Shown piece after piece: positions 24,336 through 37,233 of a stretch of 64,000 nucleotides of DNA. Below the pieces are notes generated by a model. It worked only from the letters and a program-made list of their open reading frames with translations, did not search any database and had not been told where the DNA came from. A program made the translations under genes and the position numbers. The stretch comes from Pelomyxa schiedti. Taxonomy: Eukaryota; Protista; Evosea. Location of the stretch: the NCBI GenBank assembly GCA_020536535.1, contig JAHLWZ010000004.1, positions 62,001 to 126,000 on the forward strand. The letters are read 5' to 3'. Position 1 is the first letter of the stretch; each line of letters begins with the position of its first letter.

Positions 24336-26867
24336 ATGAAGGAAGCCACGACGTTCTCTACACCCACCACACCGCCTTGCTCCACAGCGAGTGCCGCCCC
24401 AGAGCCATTCGCGGTCCGCCGTGCCCGGCTGTGCCAGGTATCCCGCGTGCTCTGGAACGTCTTTCTGCCCAACACCCTGCCCTTCCTCCGCACCCCGCCG
24501 CCCACCGGCCTCTTCCCCTCTCCCCCTCCCGCCTCCGCTGCTGCCCCTCCCCCGGGCGCCGGGGCTGCCTCCGCCGCTCCCCCGCTCGCTGTGGCTACGT
24601 GCCGGGGCACCCAGCCGTGCTTCGTGCCCCACACCGGGCAGTGCCTGTGGGCGCAGCCCAGGAGCGCCGACCTCGTCCAGGTCGCGGCGCTGGGGGAGGC
24701 CCTGTTCACGCTGACTCACCGCGCGGCCAACTTGCTCGTGGCCATGTTGAATTGGCACTACTTCCCGGCAGAGGAGTCGGCTCTGAGGCTGTGTTCCACG
24801 TGCGGGGCCATCGCTGTGCGTTTCATTTGATATGTTAATTTATGTGTGCCAATGATTACATAACACTAAATGGAACTAAGGAGTAATTTTAAAGCTATCC
24901 CCCATAATACAGTCGACGCACTGGTTTTTTAATTTTTTTTTTTTTTTTTTTTCGGGGTGCTTATATAATGGTTGAACTGTGAGCTTAATGTACTGACTCA
25001 AGGTGGCACGGGAAATATTACGTATATGGACATTGAAGTGCCCTCCCCCTGAAATTCCGGGAGGCAGTGAGGATACCGATACCAGGGTTCCACCTCCTTG
25101 GGAGTACAGTTACGGTGGAACCAAGTCCACTGCAACCCTTCTGGTTGAGGACTTATTCAATCTGAGTTTAGGTGGTGGAAGTCTAGAGTTCACAAAGTGG
25201 GTTGTGTGTAGTAACTCAATGTCACGCAGCGATGCATTCAAGTCAGATCAATATAATTGTGGGCCATACCGGGTTATAAATACATGTCTGTGTAATAGAG
25301 GACTTGCAACAGCACAGTGGCTTGCCGATGAAGCTTTTGTCCCACCACTAGAAATTGATGAAATTTTCCAGGGAAACGCTAGTATGCTGGCAATTAATAG
25401 TGCGGAGATTGGTGACTTCACTGCTTTCCAGTGGGCAGTCAAACGATTCAATTTGTTATCGACTGAGAACGGAAAGCTGCTACCAAAGACCGCATTCTTG
25501 AGAGCCTGCATAGCGGGGCACGCAGAGTTTGCTGAAGAATTTGTGAAAGTCTATGAATTCAATATGTCTGAAAGACCGGAGTGCATAAATATACTCAATG
25601 AGAACTGCAAAGCCGGCCGACTACAATTCTGTCAGTGGATGGTGCAATTCTTCAAACTCACAGAGGAAGAGGTCATCCGTAGTTTATATCAAACGTTCCT
25701 AAGTTTTTCAATTAGGTGAAGTATAATAGCTTTCAGGCACTCGAAGTAGCTCTTGAAAATAAACATCATTCACTTGCACGGTGGTTGTGTGATACCTACG
25801 GTTTAGCAACCACTCCTCCACTTTCCATACTTCGCAGAGCTTGCTTCAATGGCGACGTTGAGTTTGCATGCTACGTGGCAACAAAGTGGGGGATTACTCC
25901 TGCAGAAGGGAAGTCTGCACACAACTTACTCTTAAGACATAGCTGTGAGAAACAGCACCTTGCAGTTGCACAGTGGGTGACAGAGTTTTTTTCTTTGAAA
26001 GAAAGTGATGCCAGAGCCAAGGGAAATCAGGTATGTGCTCACGAAAATGAAAGCGACTCACTCTTTAACAGCCATTATGGAAGTCCTGTGCAAATGGGGA
26101 TGTAGATACCTGCAAATGGCTAGTGGAACGTTTCAAGATCACGCGAGGAGAAGCCAGAATTATGCTGCGCAAGTGTGTAACGAATGGCCGAAGTGATCTT
26201 AGTACCTTTGCATGGCTTGTAGAACATTTTGGGTTAGAAGATGAGTTCACTCCAGGAACACCAACAGTCCCACCGATGCCTTCAGCTTTCTGGCCTCCCG
26301 AAAAACTTACTCTGGAAACTCTTCAGCCAGTTTTTACCTTCTTTCGGTGGATACCACATGCCAAATGGTTGTTGAACTTCAAAGTTGTGGAGGATAACAG
26401 GGACGTATTCTTGCAGCCACCAGCTCCACAACCACGTCCTCCCCACATGAGTGAAATTCAATGGCGCCAATATGCAAGCCGGTATCTCCCATCAGCATGA
26501 TAAAATTACACTAATTCCTTCCGGGTGCCACCAAAAAAAAAAAAAATACTGCAGATACCTGCCCAAGTCTATCAGTCACTTGCAAAGCATTCTACTTACC
26601 CTAGTGGCAACCCACTATGGGGCCTATGACGACGGCTGCGGACTGGCCGGCGTCAATGCTCTGTTTGGTACCCGAGGGGGCGATCCCGGAGTGGAAATTG
26701 CCAGGTTCCTTGTCACTAAATTTAGAATGGATCCCTCAACCCCGCTATTGGACGCGGCTGAATTGCTGCAGCATGCGGCTTGTTGTCGGCGGATTGAGCT
26801 TGCCAAGTGGATTGTGGAGTGGTTTAACATGTCAAGACTTTCTGCCGATATAGCATTGAGCAGGTAA
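24336..26867 (+). CDS. Divergent ankyrin-like repeat protein
   Basis: Repeated units such as AFLRACIAGHAEFAEEFV, CKAGRLQFCQWMV, ACFNGDVEFACYV and SCEKQHLAVAQWV; an intron at ~26482 joins the 26554-26867 exon; 3' end uncertain. Confidence 0.65.
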
Positions 26868-27219
26868 ACAAAGCACTCTTTGCAACCGGCACCATTCATT
26901 TAAGCTCATCCCACATCAAAAATAAGATACGGGTGGATGAAGGAGGACAAGATCAACCTTTACTTCACATGGCTTGATCAAGCCAGACCCCCAGGCACTC
27001 CTTCTTTCTCCTCTGACAAGTCTAACTCCCTAACAGGACTTCTTACCCCTTTGGGAAAAATGGGGTGTATCATTTCGTAATGGGTGGAAGTACCACCAAC
27101 AGCATTTTTGTAAAACTATTTATTTGTTCATCACAGGTTTCAGTGGCAGCCCTTGTAGTATTTACAACAAAGAAATGCACAGTGCTTGCTGCTCACTTGA
27201 AGGTTGTGTTTGAGGTAGT

Positions 27220-29452
27220 TTAAAAGCTGGCTCCAGTAATTTCAAGAGGTCCAACCATCTTTGGCTTTGGTTTGCTCCAAATAAGGTTGGATATTGCACT
27301 GAGGTTGGAGTAAAACCTCACCTCATACTTTCCTGGTGGTATCTGCATGTGTAGTGAGAAAATAAATGAATTGTAGTACTGGGATACTCTAGAAAGGTCC
27401 GCAGAGCTGAAATGCACGTGTCCAGAGCAATAATCTGACTCTATGCTGCCAGGAGAAATGAATTTGAACGCGAGACACTCCTCAGATGAAACTATTTGAA
27501 TTTGATCTCTTTTCTGGGGTTCAAATGTAGAAACCTTCCAGTGAATCTTTAACCCAGACCCCATTCTATGGGAAATGATTTGTAAATGCAAATACAGTCA
27601 GTTACATACGTGATCTTTCCGTCAAAGATTAATTCGTCCCTGGAAGGGATGGACAACAAAGAGGAACTCTTTCCTACAACAATTTTCGGGTTCTTCACGA
27701 TTCTCATCAGTGCTGAACTGTTTTGCCTGAAGTAACGGCACTCATACAAGTCTGTACTGAAGGGTAAGGACCCCAGGAGTGTTTCACCTCCAGATGCAGT
27801 TTTTTCACATTCACTGAGCATTTTGTATACAATGTAATCGTTGTTGTCCGAATCCTGAATACTGGGTGAAAATTTGAGGGGGCAGAGGAGTGGTACCTTC
27901 AAAAAGAGACCAATCCAATCAGTTGGTGTTGTAACATGTTCCCAAGAAACCTTAACCATTCGGCCAACCAGAGTACAATCAAGTGGGAAAGTGTCCCCCA
28001 CATTTATAGGCTCAGACACACAAACAGGGTGTACCTATGTAATGGGTATGTAGCGAAATTTCACTTTTTGGTGGTACCTTGTCAGAGGCTGCAAAAAGTT
28101 TCATCGCATAAATTCCATCGGAAAGATTTAAAAATGTTCCTTCACCACTGTCCTTCTCTGGGAAGAAGTTAAGGCCAGAAGGGGAAAAAAAGTAGAGTAC
28201 CAATGTACTTGTAGGTAATCCATTCACTTGCTATCTTACACCCATATATATACAATCCGATCCAGTTTCCGGGATTTGCAGCCATGCCTCGAAGTTCGTA
28301 ACTAAAGTGGAGTGTTGAAGTACTAACAATCCCAACTAGCAAAGGTGCTGAGTGAACCAAGGGTGTTCCAGATCCAGTGCTGGTCGCCTCGGTTGGAGAG
28401 GCTGCAGAAGGTAGTGATGGGTCTGCTGCAGAGGAAGTGGTATTCTCAACAGTTGGTGTTGTGTTAATGGGCGCTTGAAGTTCTGTAGGCGTTGTAACAT
28501 TTGTTTCAGCAAGTAGTGAATTTTCATTCGTGGCTTTCGTGGATTCAGAAGTATGATCAATTTGAGTGGGTGGTTCAGATGTGCTGGTGCTTGAGGGACC
28601 TTCTGGTAAATTCGACATACTCTTTAGAAGATCTGGCTATGTAGGTAGAGTTAGCAATAGTCGCATGTCTGGAGACCAAACCTTCTGAGCCAAGAATATT
28701 TTGCACTTCTCAAGATACAATTGACAAGTCGCATGATGGCGAGGAGCTAGGCTGTCACGTTGTAGGAATGCTTTCGTGAAGTAGTCAGAGGCTAAGGCAT
28801 AATTACAGCCCGAATACTCCAATTCGCCTCTACGGTACCTACAAGGAATATGTCAGCCTAGAGCTTTTGAGGCCAAATTAAAAACCATTGTTCTCCTGTG
28901 AGGTCTTCAATAGAGGGGTTCAACTTTGTCAAAGCCCTTTTTAAAAGTACTATGCAATTGCATTTAAGGCCTGGAAAGTACAGAGAGGGTGCTTACTAGT
29001 GTGTAGATCTTGCACAGCTTCCCCCAACTCCACTTTGATTGCTCGTAGCTCCTCAAAATTTGAGGTGTCGTGGAAATCAGCACTCTTTAGTTTGTTCAAT
29101 TTAACATAACAGTTACTAAAAAGACAAACGAGCGTCAGTCATGACAAGGGAGTGAAAAGGGTAAGGTAAAGTACTTGAATCTATCTGCAACTGCTGGATC
29201 AGTGCACTTGTTATTGAACAAAAACATAAAGTCCTTGTTCAGGCCGTCTATAATTTTTGCGGCCTCGTGATTCGCTCCAACCCTTTCAGTGACACACTTT
29301 CGAGCACAGTCAAAAGGGGCGTAAAGGGAAAAAAAAAATAGGTCTACCTGAAAGAGAGACACCAAGTCTATGGGGAGTAGATCTGCAGATATTTCCTGCA
29401 CGACTCCTTTAGCTACGGCCTTACCCGCCTCCCACGCAACTACCTTGTGCAT
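27220..29452 (-). CDS. Helical/TPR-like N-terminus plus three SKICH-like beta-sandwich repeats
   Basis: Repeats carry NWIGLY..WITYKY..G.Y, DWIGLF..YIVYK..YECRYF and DQIQI..GKYEVRFY; a TPR-like segment (YRRGELEY..NYALASDYFTKA) lies upstream. Confidence 0.55.
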
Positions 29453-29652
29453 CTTCCCCTTTGTTGTTTTTTTTTTTTTTTGTTTATGTTGTGTTGTCTT
29501 TGTTCGTGTCGTTACGCCGTTTATTGGCGTGATTCCCCTGAATTAATCGTTTGTTTTTTTGTTTTGTAGATACCAAGTTGAAGACAAAGAATGAATGATT
29601 TCTATTAACAGATAGTTCAACAGAAGGTGATTCAGAGGACCCCGGTGGGGCC

Positions 29653-32600
29653 TCAGTCGTCGTCTGCAAGAATTGCCTTGAGCGCGGCTTGGCTGATTTG
29701 GTTTTCGTTCTCCACTGTGCCCTCGAGGGCTTGAACCTGTCCTTCGAGCCGCTGAACTCGTGTCTGGTGGGGAACAATGAATTAGGGGATACTTAACAAT
29801 GACGGGAAGAGATACCTCCATTCCAGTTCTGGATTGACACGTCTGTGCATTGTGTGAATTTTGTGAGCGAAATCGGGGGAAAGTAATAGTTTTGGACTTA
29901 CGGTTTCCAGTTTCTGCTCAAGCTCGCGAATTCTTGACTCGTAATCCTCATCCTAGAAGACAGAATGTAACAAGAGAGATATTATAGAGTTTGTGTTGTT
30001 AACCTTATGTGAGGGAGACGTCGACTCTGCGATATAATTAGTAAACAAAGTCAGTTACAAGAATAAACTTACCCCCTGCGGCTCCTGGCGTGGAATTGAC
30101 AATGTGCTCAATGGAAGTTATCTGTTTTTCACATTCTTCGACTCTTCTCTCCAATTCTTCAGAATTGGAGGTTGTTGTTGTTGTTGTTGTGCTGGTGGGT
30201 GATGTTTGTTGGGTTGCGCCTTCTTTTTGCTTTTGATTTTTTTGCCTGAGAGCATTGTGCAGTTGCTTTTCACATTGAGCCAGCCTCAATTCCAATTGAT
30301 TATGTTGCTGCTGGAATGATGATAGCTCACCAAGTTGACGTTCACACTCCCCTAGTCTTTTGGACAGCTCTTCTGCCATCTCCGCATTCCGTTTTTCACA
30401 TTCAGTCAATCTACTTTCAACTTGAAGCTCTAGTGAACTGTGACCACACGAAGACAACTTCAAGTCAATCATTGTGGAAAGCTTTGAAGCTGATCAATAC
30501 AAAAACCTCAAACATTGTACGAACCTTGGAAGCAAGGTCTTGGTTCACACCAATGAACTGGTCTCTAATGAACTGGAAGACGAGCTCAATAAAATCGGCT
30601 GGCAAGCCGGCAGTCGCAACTGAAGGAATTCTGTTCAAAGAGGCTTCTTGGGAAAGCAGTGTTTGGGGAGCAACTGGATTGCCGCTATTTGGTTGGGTAC
30701 CAGGGCCTGCACCGTCATCAAGTCGTATGTTCTATTTGAAAATTTATTTGGGTTTGACCTTGAAGGGGAATCACATTCAGAGGCGTTTGTTGTAAGGCAG
30801 ACTGGTTCAACATGGAATCCATGCTACTGTTTCCTCGTAACATTGCAGCTTCTGTCTGCGGAAGCCAAAGAAAATAGTCTTAAAATGAGAGGTGGATAAA
30901 GAAATTCAGTCCCCGTACTGAATCTTTAGAGTTGTCGGTTCCCAAGTTACTCCCGGTAAAGTGCAAAGATGCCTGGGTCTGCTGAAATCCCGTGGCACCC
31001 ATAGTAGCCGCTTGCTGTGCTATGCTTCTGCCATGAGAACATATGTTACTCCAGAACTGAGTTGGATTGGTTTCAATACCTACCTTTCATGGGAAACTTG
31101 ATCCTGTAAAGACTGCAGCTTTGATTTCATGGTAGCCATATATTTTTGGGCAGCTGACCCCTCAATCTGACCTAAAAATCAACAATAAAAAAAATATTCC
31201 TTCTAGTTTGCGCATTACCTGGTGATTGCTGGGAGAGCTTAAAGGGGAGCTGCAAATTTTGGATATTAGAATAGTATAGAATCAGGACAGTAGAAAACAT
31301 GTTGATCAAACTGAGTTTCGCCCACAATTCCCGCAACAAATCTGTTGACGTGAAGTGTCTGAGCTATTGCAGTCAAAATCTATCTGGTGTCAAGAAAGGA
31401 ACAAGGAGGCATTCTTTAGAATACCTTTTGGTTCACTTGTGCGATATTTCCAGGATAAAGTTCAGTGAGGGAGGTGTTTGATTGAATAGCTTGTGCTATC
31501 GCGTCACACTATGAAAAGGGAAATGTGAGGTTCTGTTGTGATATGCTTTTAACATATTCACGTCGAATAGTTACCTCTTCTAAAGAGTCACTTCCCAAAT
31601 CTATAATCAAGTGCTGAAGCGAGTTATTCTTGCGCAGCATATCTGCAACAGCAAGGGTTCCATCTCTCCCCATCTTTAGTCCCTGCATGACGGTAGGCAA
31701 TCTTTGAAAAAAAGAGGGAAAAATGCCTGCAAGTCAAGCTTTTTCAACGAGTGCCCAGTACTGTCTTTGAGAGCATCAGCTATTGCTGTGCACCCAACAG
31801 ATGTGATTTCAGGATTGCATCCAAGAAAAATCTCCTCTAGTGTATGTGTGCTTGTGTAAGGTTAGGAAATTCTTTGGTCACGGCCAAACTACTTTGACAA
31901 AGCTTCAGCAAACAAAACTGCGGAAGTATCCCCAAGTTTATTTAGTCTTAAATTGAGTTTCTTTAATGAGGGATTGGCAGATAATCCAGCAGCAATAGCC
32001 GAGGCACCTTGATCCTCAATACTGTTTTCGTGTGTCATTAGGATTCTTGTCCACATCGATACCTGTTCCCTCCCAGGTCAAGGAGAGTAAGTGTGGTATT
32101 CAGTTTGAGAGCCATTCCAAGCGCCACAGCACCAACATTAGCTATTTTGTTGAATCTCAGGTTTAGACTTTGCAGTGATTTATTTATCTGAACTGGTGAG
32201 ATTGTGGGCGTGTACTTGTAGTACCTTGAGGGAAGCGGCCAGAGCAACTGCCCCCTGGCACTTTATGTCATTTTGTTCTAAATCTAAATCAGTGAGTGCC
32301 TAAACAGGAATCAGTAAAAATTTGAAAATACTCACAACATACACCATTTACTAGTAACGTGTCAGCCAGAGCTGCAGCACCATGATTGCTTAACTGGTTT
32401 CCTTTCAGAGACAGGCGAGTAATAGTATGGTTGGCTTTCATTCCAGATGCAATTTTTACAGCCCCTTCACTTCCTATACCACAGTTCGAAAGTTCAACAG
32501 TGACAAGGGTGTAATTCACTTTGGGAGTAAAAAATTAATAAGGGAATTCTTTGAATGAAGACAACATTTAATAGCTTCAGCAAGTTCACCAGCAGCATCT

Positions 32601-33438
32601 GAGCCGATGTTGGTACCAGAAAAATCCACTTCTGAAGTAATCTGTGATTTGGTGGAGAGAAAAAACATTGCTGTAACCTTTTATAACGTCATCATCCTTT
32701 AAAACGTGGCTGATACAGGACAGGTCTTCAAAACTCTTGCAAGGAGTGTGAATTGTCAGCACTTGGACACGACAAACAAACCAGTATTTTCTTCTTCCCA
32801 GAAAAAGAAAGTGAAATCATGTGATCGGATAAGGCTACAACAAATTCCAATATAGGCTCTACATGAGCGGCATTACATCTATTTACATATGTTGTCACTT
32901 TCTACCCATGAAATAGAATACGGGAGGTGGAAGAAGAAGAAAAAAAAAAGGTTAGTTTTTCGAAATATACAGTAAATCAATCATCAACAACAAAATAAAT
33001 GTGGCAAGTAAACAAGGGAAAAAAACCCACAAATAAAAATAAAATAAAATAAAAATAAAATAAAAATAAAAACTCACAGACCAACAATTTCATCCCACAA
33101 TTACAGACACGACACACCATGTTCGCAGGGAGTTGCGCTGGACCCAGCAGAGCGGGTCTCGTGGGCGACACCCAGTGCTGCCTCCCCATCGCCGCGGTGC
33201 CCCCGGCTCCCCTCCGGCCCCCGGGAGACAGCCTCGTGGTGTTCAGGGGCCCGCCGCCTCCGTGGTGGTGGCGCAGGCCCGTGCCCAGCGTGGCCGGGGC
33301 CAGCGGCGGGGCCCTGGTGCCCCCCATCGGACCCAGCGACGCCGACCTGCGGGTGCCTCCCCCTGACGGCGACGACGTCGCGCTGCTGGCCGTGTTCCCT
33401 CGCCGTTTGCCTTTGTTGTTGTTGTTACTCGCCGACAT
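29653..33438 (-). CDS. RNI/NLRC3-like leucine-rich-repeat protein with C-terminal coiled coil
   Basis: Regular 28-aa LRRs (N.TL..L.L..N.I...GA..LA..L) followed by coiled coil ending TRVQRLEGQVQALEGTVENENQISQAALKAILADDD*. Confidence 0.8.
31683..31726 (-). other. GC-AG spliceosomal intron (44 nt)
   Basis: CAG|GCATTT...ATGCAG|GGA restores the LRR KKLDLQ-GLKMG; the unspliced frame hits TAA and no usable GT donor is present. Confidence 0.7.
33031..33072. repeat. (AAAAT)n-type microsatellite in the first intron of the LRR gene
   Basis: aaataaaaataaaataaaataaaaataaaataaaaataaaaa. Confidence 0.8.
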
Positions 33439-33784
33439 GTTTGGTTCTTCGTTGGTTTCTGTGCTGATCACGAAAACGGTGAATTTGGTTTTTCCCCGAA
33501 TCCCTGTCGAGTAGATTCGTCTCCGCCCGAAGAGCCTATTCTCAGATCTTCGAGACTCTCGTCTTGTTGTTGTTGCGCAGGCCTGAGTGCACAATAGTCC
33601 AAGCCCCATCAGGGGAGATCGTCGTTCGAAACAGGAAAGGTAGTATTCTTCAAAATTCACTCTGTTCTTCATTTACACTCGGTTCCAACAATTTTTCATT
33701 GCCGTTTCGAAAAAACCCCTGAGGCGGTACAACATTTACGGAGATTACCGTCCGTAAACACAGCCACAACCGCAAACAAAAACA

Positions 33785-35772
33785 ATGGGCAACACCCCCG
33801 CCGCGCCTGCGAGCGAGATCCCCGATGGCGTAAGATCTAGGCGCAAAAACATAGTCGACGAGCTGTTGGCCACTGAGAAGACGTATCTCGAGGGACTGAC
33901 TGCTACTCGTGATGTGTATGCGACCTCGCAGTGCTCTCTTTTTTTTATTTTTCTTTGTTTCCCTTTTTGTGCTGTCGTGAACGCGGTGTGGCGTGTGTTT
34001 TATTTATTATTTTATAGGTACATGATACCACTGAAGACGTCGGATTTGATCGATCCAACAACACATAAACAACTATTTAGCAATATGGAGACACTAATTA
34101 ATTTGCATGAGACCTTTGTAAAGGATTTAAGTGCCCTGGTAATTCGCCCCCCGTTACACCATCTTCCTTTTTAATATTCAAATTGCAGATTACAACCTGG
34201 GATGATTCCACATGCCTTGGTCCTGTATTTAGTCCACTTGCAGGACTTTTTGTTAGTGTGTACTCACAGTACGCGAATGGATATGGCGACCAGCTAGCTG
34301 TATTGAAGAGACTGGGTGAAGATAAGCAATGGAATATTTTTGTAGAGAAAGCAGTGGCAGTTCCTATTTGCAAAAGACGCCAGATCTCAGACTTTCTTAT
34401 TACTCCAATTCAACGGCTCCCCAGGTTCCACATAACACAAATTCATTTCACACTCAACGTGCTATTAGATATGTGCTGCTTCTCACTGACCTTGTCAAGA
34501 GTACTCCAGACACGCACCCAGATCACCAAAATCTTGCGGTAGCTCTCTCCAAGATGCGCGACGTGGCAACATCAGTCAATAAGAAACAAAAAGAGATGGA
34601 AGACAGACAAATTCTACTGGAAATTGGTATTTCTATTTCAAGAATACAAACAAACCCAACCAAACAAACAGACAGCGATGTGAGTGATAAACTAGAGCCC
34701 TTCCTCCGACCAGGAAGAAGTCTTTTAGAGAGAGTGGAGGTAATTTTTGAAAAGCCATTGCATCTTTGTAACAAGAACAATTTATAGATACAACACCAAA
34801 AACCCAAACCCAAGGCCAAGGTCAAAGATAGTACCTTATTACTATTCAATGACTCGATTGTAATGTGTGCACCCCAACGTAAAATATCTCTTAAATCAGA
34901 GAAATTACGTTTCAAGGTACCTTTTGTTTCTCTGTAACGCGGTTAATCGTAATTAGTGGAAAGCTTCAATGATGGGTTCTACAGTATCCAAATGCACTGA
35001 CCAACCCAACTGTTTTGATTTTTCGTGGGCTGATTCTGCCCCAGAACCTGCAGTAACCCCTGAATTATCAAGTTCCACAATCACAACAAGCCGGTCACCT
35101 GAGCCAGATGCAAAGCCACCCCCTAAGACTACCCCTGTCAAGCCAGATGGAAATCCTGACGCCAAAAAACCAAAACCAGAAGCAAGACCCGCATCCAAAT
35201 CACCAGACCCAAAACCCACTAAAAACGCTGATGCCAAAGCACCCAAGAAACCAGAGAAGGCAGACAAAAAACCAGATGCTAAGGCGTTGGCGGACAAGAA
35301 GAAAGCAGAAGCTGAGGCACAGAGGAAGAAAGAAGAGGAAGAGAAAAGGAAAAGAGAAGAGGAGAAAAGGAAGAGAGAGGAAGAGGAAAAGAGGCGGAGA
35401 GAAGAAGAGGAAAAGAGGAGGAGGGAAGAAGAAGAAAAGCGAAGGCGAGCAGAGGAAGAGCACCGGCGCCAAGAGGAGGAACGGAAAAGACTGGAAGAGG
35501 AAAAAGCCCGCCGCGCCGCTCTTTCCTCTTCCTCCGCCACTACTGCATCACTATCCTCCAGTGCACTCAGATCCTCATCAGCCTCCCCAGCAATAACAAT
35601 AAAATCAGTGCATGAAGTCCGCTTTGTGGCGGCCTCGCCAGAGGCTGCCACGCACCTTGTGGAGTTGATTCAAAATGCACAGGCTGAAGTCTTCAGGAAG
35701 CAACAAGCACGTGAGCTTGCAATTCAGAAGGTCCACGCAAAAGAAGAGGAGCCGAATTGTTTGTTAATGTAA
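33785..35772 (+). CDS. Dbl-family RhoGEF (DH + split PH) with E/R/K-rich insert and C-terminal CaaX (CLLM)
   Basis: DH motifs IVDELLATEKTYLEGL, LFSNMETL, FLITPIQRLPRYVLLL..L.K.TP..HPD; PH elements LLLFNDSIV and VRFVAASPE..HLVELIQ flank a ~190-aa insert. Confidence 0.88.
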
Positions 35773-35845
35773 CAAAGTACTTAGTAAAAACCCAATATAT
35801 AGCTGACAAAAGTAAAAACTTATTCCGCAATTCAAAACAAACCAA

Positions 35846-37098
35846 TTATGATCTGGATTTTTTCTTCTGTTGTTGTATAACATTCCGCATTACAAACTCA
35901 GCGTTTGTGGATGCTGCTTGTATGTCCTCTGTAGCAAAGTCAGTGTCGGCCACAGCCCGCCTTGTAGCCTCACTCACTCCCTGCATAGTGGTAAGGACTA
36001 ACACCAAGACCCAACGTGTTAGTACCTTGGACATCACATAGTTTTCTCTACGGGCTCGGTCTGCAGAGGTGGCTGGTTGAGCACCACCACGGCCACATTG
36101 TAGATTGAAATGAGAAATCTAAACGGCGTTAAACCGCAGAATGCATTTGGTTGGGACAGAGCAAGTTCATACCATGTGGTAGACAACACCCTCACCGTAG
36201 TTAAACCGTACCAATACGGCACTGCAACCACCATACTGAGAGCCAAGTTGCTCAGAGCTAATTAGCACCTTGTGTGGTCATAAAAATAAATAATCCAAGA
36301 AGTGTTACCTTGACGCGGTGGGGATCAGCAACCGTGACAGGATGAGATCCACCAGCCAAAACCCAAGTCTTTTCGTTGACAAAACCTTTGAGAACTTCAT
36401 CTGGGTCATCTTTCATTCGTGTTAATTGAAAGTTTAAAAAAAAAAAAAATGAGGAAACCTGCGGCAACAGTAATCGGTACGGTTTGGGCAGTGCAAGATG
36501 CGCCAGAATAGGTTATGGTTCCAGGAAATATTTCTTGTAGAAGCATATTTAAGACCCAATCAGTGGTGATAACCTTCAATAATCTTACATCTTTCTAACG
36601 AAACATGGGAACAAATACCTGGCCACCACACTCCACGAATCTTTTCACTTTTTCCTGGGGAAATGAGAAACAGAATGAAACCCAACCAGCCAAACCTTAA
36701 ACTGTGGTGTGTACCTATCATAAAAACGATGAGTATTCATTGAAGAAAGTAAATTGAGTGCTCTTGGACATACCCCTTTGTATCGCAATTAATATACACA
36801 GTCTGTGAGGGTACCAAAGCCAACGTCTCAAAAGTGGAGGGAGAAACCGCTCGGTGTGGCACTTGCATTGCCCGGAGAACTACCTCAACATTGTCAGATG
36901 AGCCAAGAACCACAATGATGGCGTCCGACGTCAAAGTCTCCAAGATCTAAACCGCGTAGTAGTTGGTCACCAAGTAGCAGCAACAAATACTAAAGCCGTT
37001 GGTTTGTTTTGTAGCAATCAACTAACATGAGCATCTTCAACACTGTCAGATGCAATGCGCTCCACCGCGATACTCTTAGATACTGTGTATGCCGCCAT
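35846..37098 (-). CDS. Uncharacterised class-I glutamine-amidotransferase/ThuA-like-fold protein of bacterial type
   Basis: Spliced motifs VVLGSSDNVEVVL, YINC, RFVECGGQVITTDWVL..IFPG, W.L.GGSHPV, F.YG.G.VYHM.SHF.LQ; family assignment from recall only. Confidence 0.5.
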
Positions 37099-37233
37099 TT
37101 CAACCCAACCGATTTGATTTTTTTATTCCTCCTTCTTCTTGGCTTTTCAAAAAAGTACCGATCAACAGCCGCTATTCTTAATCAAGAAAATCTTTCCGAC
37201 TTCACGAAAAGTAGTAATAATCTCGCTTGTACG

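Noticed and set aside
34953-35651. 232-aa minus-strand Ser/Leu/Phe-rich ORF
   Set aside because: Antisense shadow of the E/K/R repeat of the RhoGEF.
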